Assembly (NCBI GenBank): GCA_033763455.1
Contig: JANRKO010000033.1
Span: 198,002 to 262,001 of the forward strand
Length of the DNA: 64,000 nt
From: Polyangiaceae bacterium
GTDB taxonomy: Bacteria > Myxococcota_A > Polyangia > Polyangiales > Polyangiaceae
Direction of reading: 5' to 3'
Every line of letters begins with the position of its first letter. The stretch's first letter is position 1. Below, piece by piece: positions 1 through 10,563 of this stretch. Under the pieces are notes generated by a model. That model did no database searches, was not told the origin of the DNA, and saw nothing but the letters and a program-made list of their open reading frames with translations. The translations under genes and the position numbers were made by a program.

Positions 1-7
1 ACACGCC

Positions 8-601
8 CTAATCCTTCTTTATTTTACTTGGGATTTGTTCCAGCTCTGCCAAGGCGGCGTTCATTTTTCGTGTGAGATCAGCTTGGAATTCCTGGATATT
101 CTGGACGGTTTTTGATTCGAAGGCCCGCACGTCCCCGCGCAACTTAGCTGTCGTTGCGGCGATGGTAGCAAGCTTGGATTCGGCTTGAGCGCGCGCCTCA
201 GCGGATTGATCTTTCAGGTTCTCGCGAGCGCGCTTAACTCGGTCGTCCAGATCGTTCAGATCCTTCTCTACCGCAAGCCTCGAAGCTTCGCCGGCCTTTC
301 GCAAGGCCTCCCTCGCCTCCTTTGCCGCTACCTCAGCATCTGCTTGGGCGCCCTCAATAGCCTTGTTGCCATCGTGAACCGCTTCGCCCACGCGTTCCCG
401 AGCATCTTCTTGGATCTTTGCAATATCCTTGGCGGCTTCCTGCCGCACCTGCTGCACCTCTTGTTGCGTCTGAGTGGTAGCCGCCCGTACCTCCTGTTTA
501 GCCTCAAGGGCGGCTTGCTGTGCCTCTCGTTGCTCCTCACCCACACTCTTTTCGCAGCCCACGAGCAGAAACAGGACCACACACTTGCTGAACTTCGCCA
601 T
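8..601 (-). CDS. Coiled-coil lipoprotein, hypothetical
   Basis: Signal peptide with lipobox (FLLVG-C), then an Ala/Glu/Gln/Lys-rich helical region. Start taken at MAKFSK (601); the ORF track starts at 607. Confidence 0.75.
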   Translation of the reverse strand: MAKFSKCVVLFLLVGCEKSVGEEQREAQQAALEAKQEVRAATTQTQQEVQQVRQEAAKDIAKIQEDARERVGEAVHDGNKAIEGAQADAEVAAKEAREALRKAGEASRLAVEKDLNDLDDRVKRARENLKDQSAEARAQAESKLATIAATTAKLRGDVRAFESKTVQNIQEFQADLTRKMNAALAELEQIPSKIKKD

Positions 602-690
602 ATTCACTTTGCCTCTTGGTTGATAGGGAAGGCCGACGCTGGTGCCGCGGCCGAAGAGCCAGTGGCGCCCAGTTGGGCACGCGACCCCAG

Positions 691-706
691 TGCACGACCC
701 GTGCCG
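691..706 (-). promoter_or_regulatory. Putative sigma-54 promoter for the lipoprotein gene
   Basis: Minus strand reads CGGCACGGGTCGTGCA (GG-N10-GC, GGCACG at -24), about 90 bp upstream of the start. Confidence 0.4.
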
Positions 707-1002
707 TGGTGGTACTCAACACCCGTGCGCACAGCGTGCTCACTGCCCCCCTGCCTTCAACACGTTGTGAGCTCGGCGTTGCACGCTCCGACGCGAGGGG
801 TCGACGCAGTGCCGCTTGGCGCCGATCGTCGCAGGCCCCGGGCGGAGCGTCTTTGAGAATGTACCAATGTGCCACACTGTTGCGCGCGCTGTGGCAAGGA
901 GGCGCCCGTGAGGAACGCTCACCCCGAGCATGGAGTACAAGCCCCGTTCGCGTTCGTTCCGCTTTGGGGAAGTGCGGAGGCACGGTGCCCACCGAACAGC
1001 TG

Positions 1003-1031
1003 GGTATGTTGCTTGCGGCATGCTGCTTGCA
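1003..1031 (+). promoter_or_regulatory. Tandem sigma-54-like -24/-12 elements
   Basis: GGTATGTTGCTTGC followed directly by GGCATGCTGCTTGC; both are GG-N10-GC. AGGAGG RBS at 1052-1057. Confidence 0.55.
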
Positions 1032-1068
1032 GTTTAGCTGTGGCCCCAAACAGGAGGACGAAGACATC

Positions 1069-1296
1069 ATGCAAGCGTGCGCAAGCTGCGGAAACAACTA
1101 CGATAAGTCATTTACGGTGCGAATGAATGGAGCAGAGCACACGTTTGATAGTTTCGAGTGTGCTATCGCCAAGTTGGCGCCACCCTGTCAGCACTGTAAA
1201 ACTAAGATTATTGGTCACGGAGTGACCTCCCAGGGAACCTTGTTTTGCTGCGCCCATTGCGCGCGAGCTCATGGTGCGCAAGCAGATACAGATTAA
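1069..1296 (+). CDS. Small Cys/His-rich metal-binding protein (prokaryotic metallothionein-like)
   Basis: 75 aa, MQACASCGNNYDKSF..FDSFECAI..CQHC..IIGHG..FCCAHCA. The RBS supports ATG 1069 rather than the longer 616 ORF. Confidence 0.85.
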   Translation: MQACASCGNNYDKSFTVRMNGAEHTFDSFECAIAKLAPPCQHCKTKIIGHGVTSQGTLFCCAHCARAHGAQADTD

Positions 1297-1547
1297 CCGC
1301 ACCTAAGTATACACCTGCACCGAGCGGTGATTCGACAACAGGCATGGCCCGCATTGCATCGCGAGCAAGCCGAAATGTGTTCTCCTCTTATCCGCGCGCA
1401 TCTCACTCAGATCGCCGCTCCAGAGCCCAGAACGGTCAGCTTCAGTATTTCGCGAGCCTTATGGCGCTGCACAAACTCTGCGAGCGCCCGATCCACCGTC
1501 TTTGAGTACGTCTTTTCCCCAGAAAGACGGGTGGCTTCTTCAAGCAC
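1297..1547 (-). pseudogene. Remnant of a vapBC toxin-antitoxin pair
   Basis: Manual translation gives VLEEATRLSGEKTYSKTVDRALAEFVQRHKAREILKL, a frameshift, then SGLWSGDLSEMRAD (VapB-like). This is joined to FRLARDAMRAMPVVESPLG (internal PIN/VapC-like segment). No start codon. Confidence 0.65.
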
Positions 1548-1572
1548 AATTGCCGCGTTGGAGCCACGCCGG

Positions 1573-3057
1573 TCAGGCGTGAGCCCAATGCGTAGAGGGC
1601 GAAGCCACTACCCGGGGGTCAACAAGGGCACTGAGGCATGGTCGCACTACGGATTCGAGCACCCGCGTTCGAATTTCGCGGCTCAGCTCCGGGCTTGCGA
1701 GACCATAAGCGTGCAGTTCTTGTGCGGAGATGCCGGCGCGTTCTTCTTCGTCGGATCCTTCGCACGGTGGGTCTTCAGCCAACACACGCCGGCCGAGAGC
1801 CGCCGCTGCCTCACGCAATTCCGGATGCACCCCAAGCAACCACCGCACAGCACGGTAGGCAAGCTCCGCATGTCGAGCTTCATCGTCGCTCACTTTACGG
1901 AGCAGATCACGCACGTACGGATCCTCGGCGCGCAGGGAAAGTTCGAGCGCCTCCACGGCAGCGACAGTTTCCCCTACACAACCCTCCAAGAGCGTTGTGG
2001 TGAGAATGGCTTCGGGTGAGGAATCATTCAGAGCTCCCTCAATCGATAGAGCGCCCGGGCCAATTGCGCCCTCTGCATAGCGGCTCGCCAGGCCAAAGGC
2101 CTCGCGCGCATGGCGAAGCTCGTCGGAGGCGGCGCGCTGGGTGGCTTCGAGCAGATCGCTCGGCGCTCCGAGCGACAAAAGTTGGAGGGAGAAACGCGAA
2201 AACGCAGCCACAGAGGCGTGCTCCATGAGAGCGATGCGCGTCCAGCCGAGCACTACGGCATCGCGCAATGGCCGGCAAAGATTATCCGCGGCATCGATCG
2301 TGGGCTCAGCAATCCAATCGGGCGAGTTGCTGAGCGCCGCGAGCCTTTCGCTGCCATTGATCAAGAAGGGGCGCCCGATGACGCAGTTACCTGGTGAGCA
2401 GATCCTGATCCCGTTTTCCACCGTGCACACTGCGCCGGCCATACCGCGCGCGGCGCAATCTGCGTCCACAGCGCACTGATCGGCGGATGTTTGGCAAGCA
2501 AGAGCCGGCCCCCCACAAAAAGGCATCGAGACATAACCCGCGCAGAGTTGGCCGGTGGGGCAAGCTTGGTCATTCGCGCAGGTACTCGGAACACACTGTC
2601 CGGAAGCTTCTCCGCATTGGCAAACTGAACCCGCGTCGCAGTCGGCATCCGATGCGCACCCATAGGTGCAGTAGCATCCCACCTGCCCAACTCCACACTG
2701 GCCGTAAGGCTTCGCCTTGCAATCCGCATTGGTGGCACACTGCTGGTTTGAGCCCGGAGGCAGCATCACCTGGCTGCAAATCTCGGGAAGCGACGCTGCT
2801 ACGGGGCACTTCCCAATGGTCGGCCGGTGGAGAAGCCCGTTTTCGCAGGTCGAAAACCCTGTATCTATGCCGTTGACCAGGAGAGGCATCGACTTGCCAC
2901 ATGCAAACATCGAAGGCTGTCCGCCAACACCGCTCGGAGCGCCTCCCGTACCGCCCGAGCCGTTCACGTCCACGGAGGAGCCACCGCACCCGGGCAGAAG
3001 CCCGAGCGCCGCAGCAAAGGTTGTGCACCACATATCGACGGATACCCGAAGCTTCAT
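1573..3057 (-). CDS. Lipoprotein with Cys-rich repeats and C-terminal ferritin-like domain
   Basis: Lipobox LLPG-C; Cys-rich repeats; GRPF linker; EHASVAAF, DELRHA, EGCVGET and DEARHA diiron-type motifs. Confidence 0.85.
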   Translation of the reverse strand: MKLRVSVDMWCTTFAAALGLLPGCGGSSVDVNGSGGTGGAPSGVGGQPSMFACGKSMPLLVNGIDTGFSTCENGLLHRPTIGKCPVAASLPEICSQVMLPPGSNQQCATNADCKAKPYGQCGVGQVGCYCTYGCASDADCDAGSVCQCGEASGQCVPSTCANDQACPTGQLCAGYVSMPFCGGPALACQTSADQCAVDADCAARGMAGAVCTVENGIRICSPGNCVIGRPFLINGSERLAALSNSPDWIAEPTIDAADNLCRPLRDAVVLGWTRIALMEHASVAAFSRFSLQLLSLGAPSDLLEATQRAASDELRHAREAFGLASRYAEGAIGPGALSIEGALNDSSPEAILTTTLLEGCVGETVAAVEALELSLRAEDPYVRDLLRKVSDDEARHAELAYRAVRWLLGVHPELREAAAALGRRVLAEDPPCEGSDEEERAGISAQELHAYGLASPELSREIRTRVLESVVRPCLSALVDPRVVASPSTHWAHA

Positions 3058-3069
3058 GCTATCTTTCTG

Positions 3070-3085
3070 AGCAAACCTCGTGCCA
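3070..3085 (-). promoter_or_regulatory. Sigma-54 promoter
   Basis: Minus strand TGGCACGAGGTTTGCT matches the TGGCACG-N4-TTGCW consensus and ends 12 nt before ATG 3057. Confidence 0.75.
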
Positions 3086-3307
3086 TCTGCTACCTCCACC
3101 GCGCTCGCCCAGACTTATATGGCGCAAATCCGCAAGAACGTGCGCGAGGCGCATCGCGCAGGGCTTACACTGAACATCGGCCCGGCTGATCCGGCGTGCC
3201 AATGTTGGCACACCTGGCGCTTCAAGCCGCAAGGAGTGCGCTCGCCCCCACATCCTTCTCAGCCCTTTCCCGGAACCTTGACGATCAGCTAGCGTCGCCC
3301 ACCTCGC

Positions 3308-4231
3308 ATGCCGGCCGGTAGCCTTCTCACCCTTCTCGACGACATTGCCACCGTGCTGGATGACATTGCGGTCCTCACGAAGGTGGCCGCGAAGAAGACG
3401 GCTGGGGTGCTCGGCGACGATCTCGCACTCAACGCCCAGCAGGTCGCAGGCGTGCGCGCCGACCGCGAGTTACCAGTGGTGTGGGCGGTAGCGCGCGGCT
3501 CGGTGGTGAATAAGGCCATCCTGGTGCCAGCCGCCTTGGTCATCAGCGGCTTGATCCCTTGGGCCGTGACGCCCCTCTTGATGCTCGGCGGAGCATTCCT
3601 GTGTTACGAGGGCTGTGAGAAAATTGTCCATAAGTTGCTGCATCGAACCGAAGATGCTGCTCATCAACAGGAACTGAAAGCCGCCGTGATCGATCCGGAG
3701 GCAAACTTCGTCGCGATCGAAAAGGAGAAAATCAAGGGCGCCATTCGCACCGACTTCATACTATCCGCCGAGATCATCACCATCGCTCTCGGAACGATCG
3801 CGGAGGCACCGTTTGGAACGCGAGTGGGGGTCTTGATTGGGGTCGCGATAGTGATGACGCTGGGCGTGTACGGCTTGGTGGCAGCCATCGTGAAGCTGGA
3901 TGATTTTGGTCTATATTTGCATACCAAACCCGGAGAAGCTGCTGGCGTTCGCATTCAGCGACGCTTGGGCATGGGCATCATCAAGTCGGCGCCGTACCTG
4001 ATGAAAGGCCTGGGTATCGCTGGTACTTTGGCCATGTTCCTGGTGGGAGGGGGCATTCTGACCCACGGCTTTCACGCTCTCGATGTTTGGATCCAAAATG
4101 CCGCCAAGACGGCGGGAGCATGGGGCGTCATTTTACCCACGGTGCTCAATGGTCTCGCTGGGCTTATCGCCGGTGCGTTGATAGTCGCTCTTGTAGCTGG
4201 CGTGAAGCGCCTGCTACCGGTTCCTCGTTGA
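3308..4231 (+). CDS. yedI: DUF808 family inner membrane protein (YedI-like)
   Basis: [47 protein letters not shown] and AMFLVGGGI motifs. Confidence 0.9.
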   Translation: MPAGSLLTLLDDIATVLDDIAVLTKVAAKKTAGVLGDDLALNAQQVAGVRADRELPVVWAVARGSVVNKAILVPAALVISGLIPWAVTPLLMLGGAFLCYEGCEKIVHKLLHRTEDAAHQQELKAAVIDPEANFVAIEKEKIKGAIRTDFILSAEIITIALGTIAEAPFGTRVGVLIGVAIVMTLGVYGLVAAIVKLDDFGLYLHTKPGEAAGVRIQRRLGMGIIKSAPYLMKGLGIAGTLAMFLVGGGILTHGFHALDVWIQNAAKTAGAWGVILPTVLNGLAGLIAGALIVALVAGVKRLLPVPR

Positions 4232-4317
4232 CAGGCTTACTGACTCGGCGGTTCGTGTTGGGCGGTGAGCTTGGATTCGCAATAGCTGCCGGAGGACAAA
4301 GGCAATCCGCTGTGTTG

Positions 4318-5577
4318 CTACGGCACCTCGCTTGCTAAGAACCGCCGAAAAGCCTTCGGATCACTCATCAACGCCAGGCGCAGGTTTTCCAGCACAGTAT
4401 CCTGATGGCCCTCACCTCGATGAGCCATCACCAGATCGGCGACTCCCAGCGCCTCGAGCACGTCAGCCTTCGCCACCTCTTTGCGTCCATGTCCGACTGC
4501 ACTCGCGCGTGCGAAACGCGAAACCACGCAAAGGGTCAGCCCCAAGTCGACGATGACTCGCGTGAGGTACGTCTGGCGGGCGAAGAGCTGGCCGCGCGCG
4601 ATGACCTCGCCTAGGTATTCCGCCACGAGGGGAGCCAATTCTCCGGCCAAAAAAGGCGGGACGCGGTCGATCTGCGCCATGGCGACGGGCGAAGGTACGT
4701 AGAGTAAATCCACTTTTCCCACCTGAAGCAGCCATGAAAGCTTGTTGCCCCAAGCTCCTACCCGCTGGGAAAAGGACGACCTCCGGGCTGCAAATTCGGG
4801 CAGCACGCGTGCTGGATAGCTGAGGCTGCCAAGAACATGAGCATAGAAGACGCGCGCCTGCCAGGTGGGGCGAGTGCGCCGCTCTTGGCTCGCCAGCACG
4901 GTGCGTTCCCTAGCCACTTCGATGGCTTGCTGTACCTCGAGATCTTTCGGTTCCGCCCCGCGTGGCAGCACGTCGTCGAATTCGTCCGTGAGCGCGTAGC
5001 TCTGCAGGGCACCTCGTAGCGGCGAACCCGCTGCGAGGATTTCGCGCCATGCGCCCACCACCATGAGATACTGCTTTAGCGCGAGTGTGCGCCCCGAACG
5101 CAAGCCCATACGCGAAGCCAGGGGGCGAGCACCGCCAGCCTGCTCCAGCTTGCTGGCAATTTGACCGGACAATAGTTCGCCGTAGTTGTCGCGGATCGAG
5201 GGGCAGTGCCGCGATAGCAACGCGACTGGCTCGCCCTGCTCGTTCTTCATGAATCCGAACGGATAAGCCTGACACGCCTGAGGAATGCCGGAGTGCCCGA
5301 AGCGCTTCTGCAGCCCACAGAGCAGATCGTCGTCGAGGAAAACACACTGCAACTGGCGATCTCGTTCCACCATGGGCAACGTGCCACCGGCTAGAATGGC
5401 CGGAGCACGCCCCACGAGTCGCTCGCGAAGCCCGCTGTCCGAAAGCGCGGCATGCGCAACCTCCGGCGACACCGGAATGCCCCACGGCGTCCGACAGCAG
5501 CGCGCGGGGCAATCCCGACAGGCGTAGCGCTGCTCCTCAGGGTAGTGGATACGAAGAGCCTTTTTCTTCGACGCCAT
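4318..5577 (-). CDS. YkgJ-family cysteine-cluster protein (CxxCxxxCC)
   Basis: CRDCPARCCR, CVFLDDDLLC, PQACQAYPF and SRHCPS motifs. Confidence 0.75.
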   Translation of the reverse strand: MASKKKALRIHYPEEQRYACRDCPARCCRTPWGIPVSPEVAHAALSDSGLRERLVGRAPAILAGGTLPMVERDRQLQCVFLDDDLLCGLQKRFGHSGIPQACQAYPFGFMKNEQGEPVALLSRHCPSIRDNYGELLSGQIASKLEQAGGARPLASRMGLRSGRTLALKQYLMVVGAWREILAAGSPLRGALQSYALTDEFDDVLPRGAEPKDLEVQQAIEVARERTVLASQERRTRPTWQARVFYAHVLGSLSYPARVLPEFAARRSSFSQRVGAWGNKLSWLLQVGKVDLLYVPSPVAMAQIDRVPPFLAGELAPLVAEYLGEVIARGQLFARQTYLTRVIVDLGLTLCVVSRFARASAVGHGRKEVAKADVLEALGVADLVMAHRGEGHQDTVLENLRLALMSDPKAFRRFLASEVP

Positions 5578-5810
5578 GTGACCGCGACTCTATACGCCGC
5601 CAGCATCAATGAGGCCACAGTGCTCCGTCCTCGACGCTGGATTCTGGGGCGGTCAGCGGCGAAAGGAATCAACAATTGATGGGGGAGCGGATGGCGAACG
5701 CGTGGTGGTCCATGCTCGGCAGGTAAGGTGGGGATCGTCGCCACTTTTTCCTATTGAGCAGCCAGGCTGAGAGCTCATAGGGTTGCGTTCGGCTTTCACC
5801 GCCTGCCACC

Positions 5811-8800
5811 ATGCCGAGCGAAAACCGGGGATTCAGTCTGATCGTAGCCGCGCTTCTGGTGGTGCTTGGCATTGGGCAGGTGCGTGGGGCCAGTGAGTCA
5901 ACACAAGCCAAGGCGACCACTACGCCATCGCCAACGCCTGTGACTGCGTCAACGCCTTCGTCCAGCGGCTCCAGCGAGGTGCCACTGGTGGCAGCCAAGG
6001 TAAAAGCGCCGGCTACCTGCACGGAGGCGTTGGACGTGCTGGAGAGCTACCGCACGCTCTACCGTCAGCCCGGAGCGAAGGGTGTCTTTCAGTTTCTCGT
6101 GGTGCTCGCGCCCGATCCCGAAGACTCGGGCCACACGGACTACTTTGATGCCGTGATGGAAGGAGTCGAAGAAGCTGCAGCGGCTGGAACGCTTGGCCAC
6201 AAAGACGGTCGCAAGTACTCGCGCCGCTTCGTCAAAGATCACCATTATTTTCCGTGGCCGGGAAGTAGTGCCAGCAAACGCAGCCAGCGTTGCTGGGAGA
6301 AGACGCCCGGTGTGGTGCTCTACCGTCCGGTTAACGATCCCCAGAGTGAACAAGCGCTCGCGCTCCTGGTGGTGGGAGAAACGCCAACCTGGGGTGTGCA
6401 GGCGCAGCAGCTCAGTACCGCGTTTTCGTGGATTGACGAGGATTCACCCCTAACTGAATACCGAATCCTCGGCCCTACTTTTTCTGGAAGTGCCGATTCC
6501 CTGGCGGCCATGATCCGGCAGCAAGCCGCAGCGCGTCGCGCCCAGGCTACCCCGCCGTTGCCAAACCTCAATTTCCATATCGCCTCGGGCACCGCGACAG
6601 GCATTAACGTTAAGCAGACGTTGGATTCTCTGAGCCAGGCCAATCTCGGCTTCACGATCGAATACCGCACCTCGGTTCCCAGTTACGACATCCTCCTGGT
6701 CGAGATGTTGCGATTTCTCGCGAGCACCAACGGAGGCTTGGCAAACGGGCCGAACGACACCGCACTCTTAACGGAAAGCATGACAGCCTACGGCGAGAAT
6801 GTTCGGCGTAGCAACGCGCATCCGCTCCGGAACATCCCGCAGTTCGGGTTCCCGCCCAATCTCGAATCTTTGCGCCGCGCCTACAGCGGGATCGACCAAA
6901 CGGCGACTCCCGCTATCCGCGCACCCTCTTCCGCACGAACAACGCCTGAGGAGCAGAGAGGGGAGCTCTCAGATCAGACACCCATCAGCCATGATTTGGC
7001 GCTCGCAGAGCTCTTAGGAAAGCTAAAGCAAAATCAGGTTCGCAACGTTGGCATCGTGGCCACGGGCGCTCGAGATGTCGTCTTTATGGCTGAACGCATC
7101 AAGCGTCAGCTTCCCGATGTTCGCCTCTTCACCATCGGTTTAGACATTCGCTACCTCCACCCGGACCATGCCGATGTTCTCAACGGCATGGTGGTCGCTC
7201 ATGCAGCCCCCGAAGTAAGCGGACATAACTCAGCCGCGCAATCCACCGTTCTTGAGAATCCCATGAGCCGGGGTGTCGCCGGCGCCGCCCGACACCTGCT
7301 TGCCCAACAGCCGCTCTCGCGCAAGGTGCAGCTCTCGCTCTTGAGCAACGGAACCCAATTTTCGCTCACCCCGGGACTCAAGGTACCCGCCATCCCTCGT
7401 ACTTTTCGCGCCGTCTATTGGCTATCTTTGGTGGTGTTTGGGTTGATTTCGTTGGCCGTCACAGTGCCGGCGTTGCTGCTTAAACTCACGCGGCTCAAGG
7501 AGCGAATAGCATGCCTAGAAGGCGTAATGCGAAGCAGCTTCGTGCGCCAACGCAGCAACTTCTGGTCCACTCTGGGAAACTGCGACCACCTGGACCTCGC
7601 AGCAGATCACGCTTTCGCTACAGCCACATTGCTCACGACAGCTCTCGCTGTTCCAGCGCTCATGGCGGCTGCAACGCTGCGAGTAACCTTCACACTTGCC
7701 AACGCGATGATATTCGGCACCATCGTCGCTATCACGCTTGGCCTAGCCTGGTGGAAGACGCGGGGCTATTGGTCGCGTAAGAACTGGCAGGCGTGGACTT
7801 TGGGCGCGGGTGCTGGTTCCGCTGCTTGCCTTGGGACAAGCTTGGGCTGTGCTCCGCCCCGCGAGGCGACCTTCCATCTTCTGAGTGGCGGCTCGCCGTT
7901 GCTGGCCGCACTGCTTGGCCTAGCCATGCTACTGGTGACAGCTTGGTGCTGGCGCGCACGACTCCGGTTGCTCGATACCTTTCGCTTCGGTGCCTTGTCG
8001 GGAGCTCGTTTCTTCAAGCACATGCCGCTTCCCTTGAGCCAGATCCTCGGCAAAGCTGAGCAGAGCGAACTCGGTCAGCATGAACGGCGACTGCTGAGGT
8101 TGTTGCAGAGCCCCTGGTCTGCCCCGGCGGTCCCGTTCATCGTGAACGTGCTCCTCATCGCCTGCATGGGGCTCGTAGTGTGCACAAAACCGGTTTTGAC
8201 GTTCGAAGAGGGTTTTCGGCACTGGATCTTGGTTGGGTTCGTGTGCATCTGCATCCTCCCGATTGCGACCAGCTTTGCGCGCATCCTGATAGCCTCTCAA
8301 GCGCTCACACGAGTCCTCGGGGCTGCAGCCTGTGCCCCGATCCTGAAGGCGCTTCGCGACCTTCCTCCCAAGCTCGCACGCCGTCTGGAATCTCAGCTCG
8401 CCGAAGGCGGCCGCGAGGTGGGCGAGCTGCGTTACGCAGTGGAAACGCTGGCAAAAATCGGGAGAGCCTCAACAGCCTTTGCCAGCGTGGCCAAAGAATG
8501 CCGCGAATTGCTGGAGGCCGAGCTCGCCTACGAAGCTGGCGCAGATCCCTCGGACAAAAATCCGCTAGAGAGCGCCCGTGCCCCAGCTAGGCTCGCCGAT
8601 CGCCTGCTGCTCACGGCACAAGAGCTCGCAAGCTCTCCAAGCTCTGGTCCGCTGCGCAATCTGGTCGTAGAGTACCAGGCGCGGCTCGTAGCGATCTTTG
8701 TCGCACGCTACGTACGCCAGCTGAGGCTCTTAATCCCCCCAGTGCTCGTCGGAAGCGTGCTGGCGGTGCTGATGACATCCCTATATTTCGTGCAGCCACG

Positions 8801-9065
8801 ACACATGATCTCAAGCATTTGCTTCATCTGGGTTACCGCGATGGTTCTCGGAATTATAGCCGTCTACCTCGGGTTGGCGCGCGATCCAGTCATCAGCGCT
8901 ATTGGGCGCACCACCGCGGGTTCAGTCACTCCCAGCTGGACGCTCGCTGTGCGTGTTCTGGGCGTCACCCTTGTCCCATTGGCGAGCCTACTTGCAAGCC
9001 AGTACCCCGAGTTTGCATTCCACGTGAGCTCGCTGTTGGGCGCGGTTGGTCGAGTGTTTCAGTAG
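5811..9065 (+). CDS. Large hypothetical membrane protein: extracytoplasmic domain plus about 10 TM helices
   Basis: 1084-aa ORF with an N-terminal signal/TM, a soluble region of about 500 aa containing ILGPTFSGS, and many hydrophobic segments in the C-terminal half. Confidence 0.8.
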   Translation: MPSENRGFSLIVAALLVVLGIGQVRGASESTQAKATTTPSPTPVTASTPSSSGSSEVPLVAAKVKAPATCTEALDVLESYRTLYRQPGAKGVFQFLVVLAPDPEDSGHTDYFDAVMEGVEEAAAAGTLGHKDGRKYSRRFVKDHHYFPWPGSSASKRSQRCWEKTPGVVLYRPVNDPQSEQALALLVVGETPTWGVQAQQLSTAFSWIDEDSPLTEYRILGPTFSGSADSLAAMIRQQAAARRAQATPPLPNLNFHIASGTATGINVKQTLDSLSQANLGFTIEYRTSVPSYDILLVEMLRFLASTNGGLANGPNDTALLTESMTAYGENVRRSNAHPLRNIPQFGFPPNLESLRRAYSGIDQTATPAIRAPSSARTTPEEQRGELSDQTPISHDLALAELLGKLKQNQVRNVGIVATGARDVVFMAERIKRQLPDVRLFTIGLDIRYLHPDHADVLNGMVVAHAAPEVSGHNSAAQSTVLENPMSRGVAGAARHLLAQQPLSRKVQLSLLSNGTQFSLTPGLKVPAIPRTFRAVYWLSLVVFGLISLAVTVPALLLKLTRLKERIACLEGVMRSSFVRQRSNFWSTLGNCDHLDLAADHAFATATLLTTALAVPALMAAATLRVTFTLANAMIFGTIVAITLGLAWWKTRGYWSRKNWQAWTLGAGAGSAACLGTSLGCAPPREATFHLLSGGSPLLAALLGLAMLLVTAWCWRARLRLLDTFRFGALSGARFFKHMPLPLSQILGKAEQSELGQHERRLLRLLQSPWSAPAVPFIVNVLLIACMGLVVCTKPVLTFEEGFRHWILVGFVCICILPIATSFARILIASQALTRVLGAAACAPILKALRDLPPKLARRLESQLAEGGREVGELRYAVETLAKIGRASTAFASVAKECRELLEAELAYEAGADPSDKNPLESARAPARLADRLLLTAQELASSPSSGPLRNLVVEYQARLVAIFVARYVRQLRLLIPPVLVGSVLAVLMTSLYFVQPRHMISSICFIWVTAMVLGIIAVYLGLARDPVISAIGRTTAGSVTPSWTLAVRVLGVTLVPLASLLASQYPEFAFHVSSLLGAVGRVFQ

Positions 9066-9076
9066 TGAGCGCTAGC

Positions 9077-10447
9077 TCAAGAGTCGTCCCCTCGCAAGGC
9101 CCGGATCCGCACGATCGTGGTGCCTGGCTTGGGTACGATGGTAAGCTGCGGTTGCACCTCGATCTTCCTGGGCTCGACAGCCTCCAGCTGAAATTTGCGG
9201 AGAACTGCCGCCACCACCACCTTCAGCTCCTCTTGTGCTAACGACTGCCCGGTACACACGCGGGGACCTGTGCTAAACGGGAGGTAGGCGCGAGCGCGCG
9301 AATTCAGACCTCCAGAAACGCCCCAGCGTTCGGGGCAAAAGGCCTCTGGATCTGGAAAAACCTTGGGGTCCCTATGGAACACCCACAAAGGCACGAGAAG
9401 TTCGTCACCCTTGCGCACCAGGTGACGGCCGAGCATGACGTCGCGCACCGCCATGCGGGCTATCATGTGGACGGCCGGGTAGAGCCGGAGCGTTTCCTTG
9501 AGTGACCGGTCCAAAGTCTCGCTCGCGCCGCTCGCCGCAAGCTCACTGCGGATCATGGACTGCAGGTCCGGACGGTAGGAGAGCTCGTACAGAGCGAAAG
9601 CCATGGAAGTCGCGGTAGTGTCGTGACCGGCGAGGAAAAGGGTCACGACCTGATCTCGGATCTGGCGGTCCGTCATCAGGGCGCGACCCCGGGCGTCACG
9701 AGCCTGAAGCATCGCGCTGAGAAGCCCACGGTCGTTCCTCCCCTGCTTGCGTTCCTCGCGTATGAGAGCAAAGACGGCCCGGTCGAGAGCCCAGTTCGCG
9801 CTTCGAGACCGCAGGTTCGCGAGGGTCGGAAGATAGTGCGGGTAGGGTAAGCATCGGATCTCCACGGCTCGGTGCCAGCGTTGCACTGCGGTGGCCGCAC
9901 GTCGGATCGAGGGGCGAAGCATCGCTGAGCCCACCCCGAACAGAGCCTGGCAGGCGACTTCAAGGCTCACCTCGATCATCTCTTCGTAGAGCTCAGGCGT
10001 GTCGCCGTCCTGCAAAGCATCTAGCCGCTTTGCAATCGTCGACTCCATCAGGCCGCGATAGCTGGCGGCGGCCTTGGGGGTCATCGTTGGACTCACGAGC
10101 CGTCGCTGCTGCCGCCATGCCTCGCCTTCGGAGGTGACCAACCCGTTGCCGAACGTCGGCCGAGAGAACTGAAGCGCCCGCGACTTGCGGAAAGCATCCG
10201 CCTCGACGGTAAGGATCTGAGTCACGAGTTCGGGGTCTGTAACGATATGAAAGCCCACCGAGTAAAGCCGCAAGCGCACGTGCCCGCCAACCTCGGCACA
10301 GCGCTGAAACAGGCCGAGCTTGTCCCGGCTGAGATCGCGAACGTGACCGGAAAGCCACGAACTCACCGGTAGAGTCGGGATGCTTGGACGCGCGGAGGTG
10401 AACTCCGACGAGAGCGACGCTGAGCCAGAGATCGACGGGACTCGCAC
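9077..10447 (-). CDS. Cytochrome P450
   Basis: I-helix AGHDTT, ExxR (ETLR), PERW and heme-binding FSTGPRVCTG. Start codon uncertain. Confidence 0.93.
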   Translation of the reverse strand: MRVPSISGSASLSSEFTSARPSIPTLPVSSWLSGHVRDLSRDKLGLFQRCAEVGGHVRLRLYSVGFHIVTDPELVTQILTVEADAFRKSRALQFSRPTFGNGLVTSEGEAWRQQRRLVSPTMTPKAAASYRGLMESTIAKRLDALQDGDTPELYEEMIEVSLEVACQALFGVGSAMLRPSIRRAATAVQRWHRAVEIRCLPYPHYLPTLANLRSRSANWALDRAVFALIREERKQGRNDRGLLSAMLQARDARGRALMTDRQIRDQVVTLFLAGHDTTATSMAFALYELSYRPDLQSMIRSELAASGASETLDRSLKETLRLYPAVHMIARMAVRDVMLGRHLVRKGDELLVPLWVFHRDPKVFPDPEAFCPERWGVSGGLNSRARAYLPFSTGPRVCTGQSLAQEELKVVVAAVLRKFQLEAVEPRKIEVQPQLTIVPKPGTTIVRIRALRGDDS

Positions 10448-10563
10448 GGGCGGCAGCGTACAGCATGGAGCCAGAGCAGTCAGCCGAAAGTCCGGGGAGG
10501 GTTCGCCGAGCATTGGGGATCACCACCGGTGACCTCGCCGCCGTGGTACACGGCTACCCAGTG

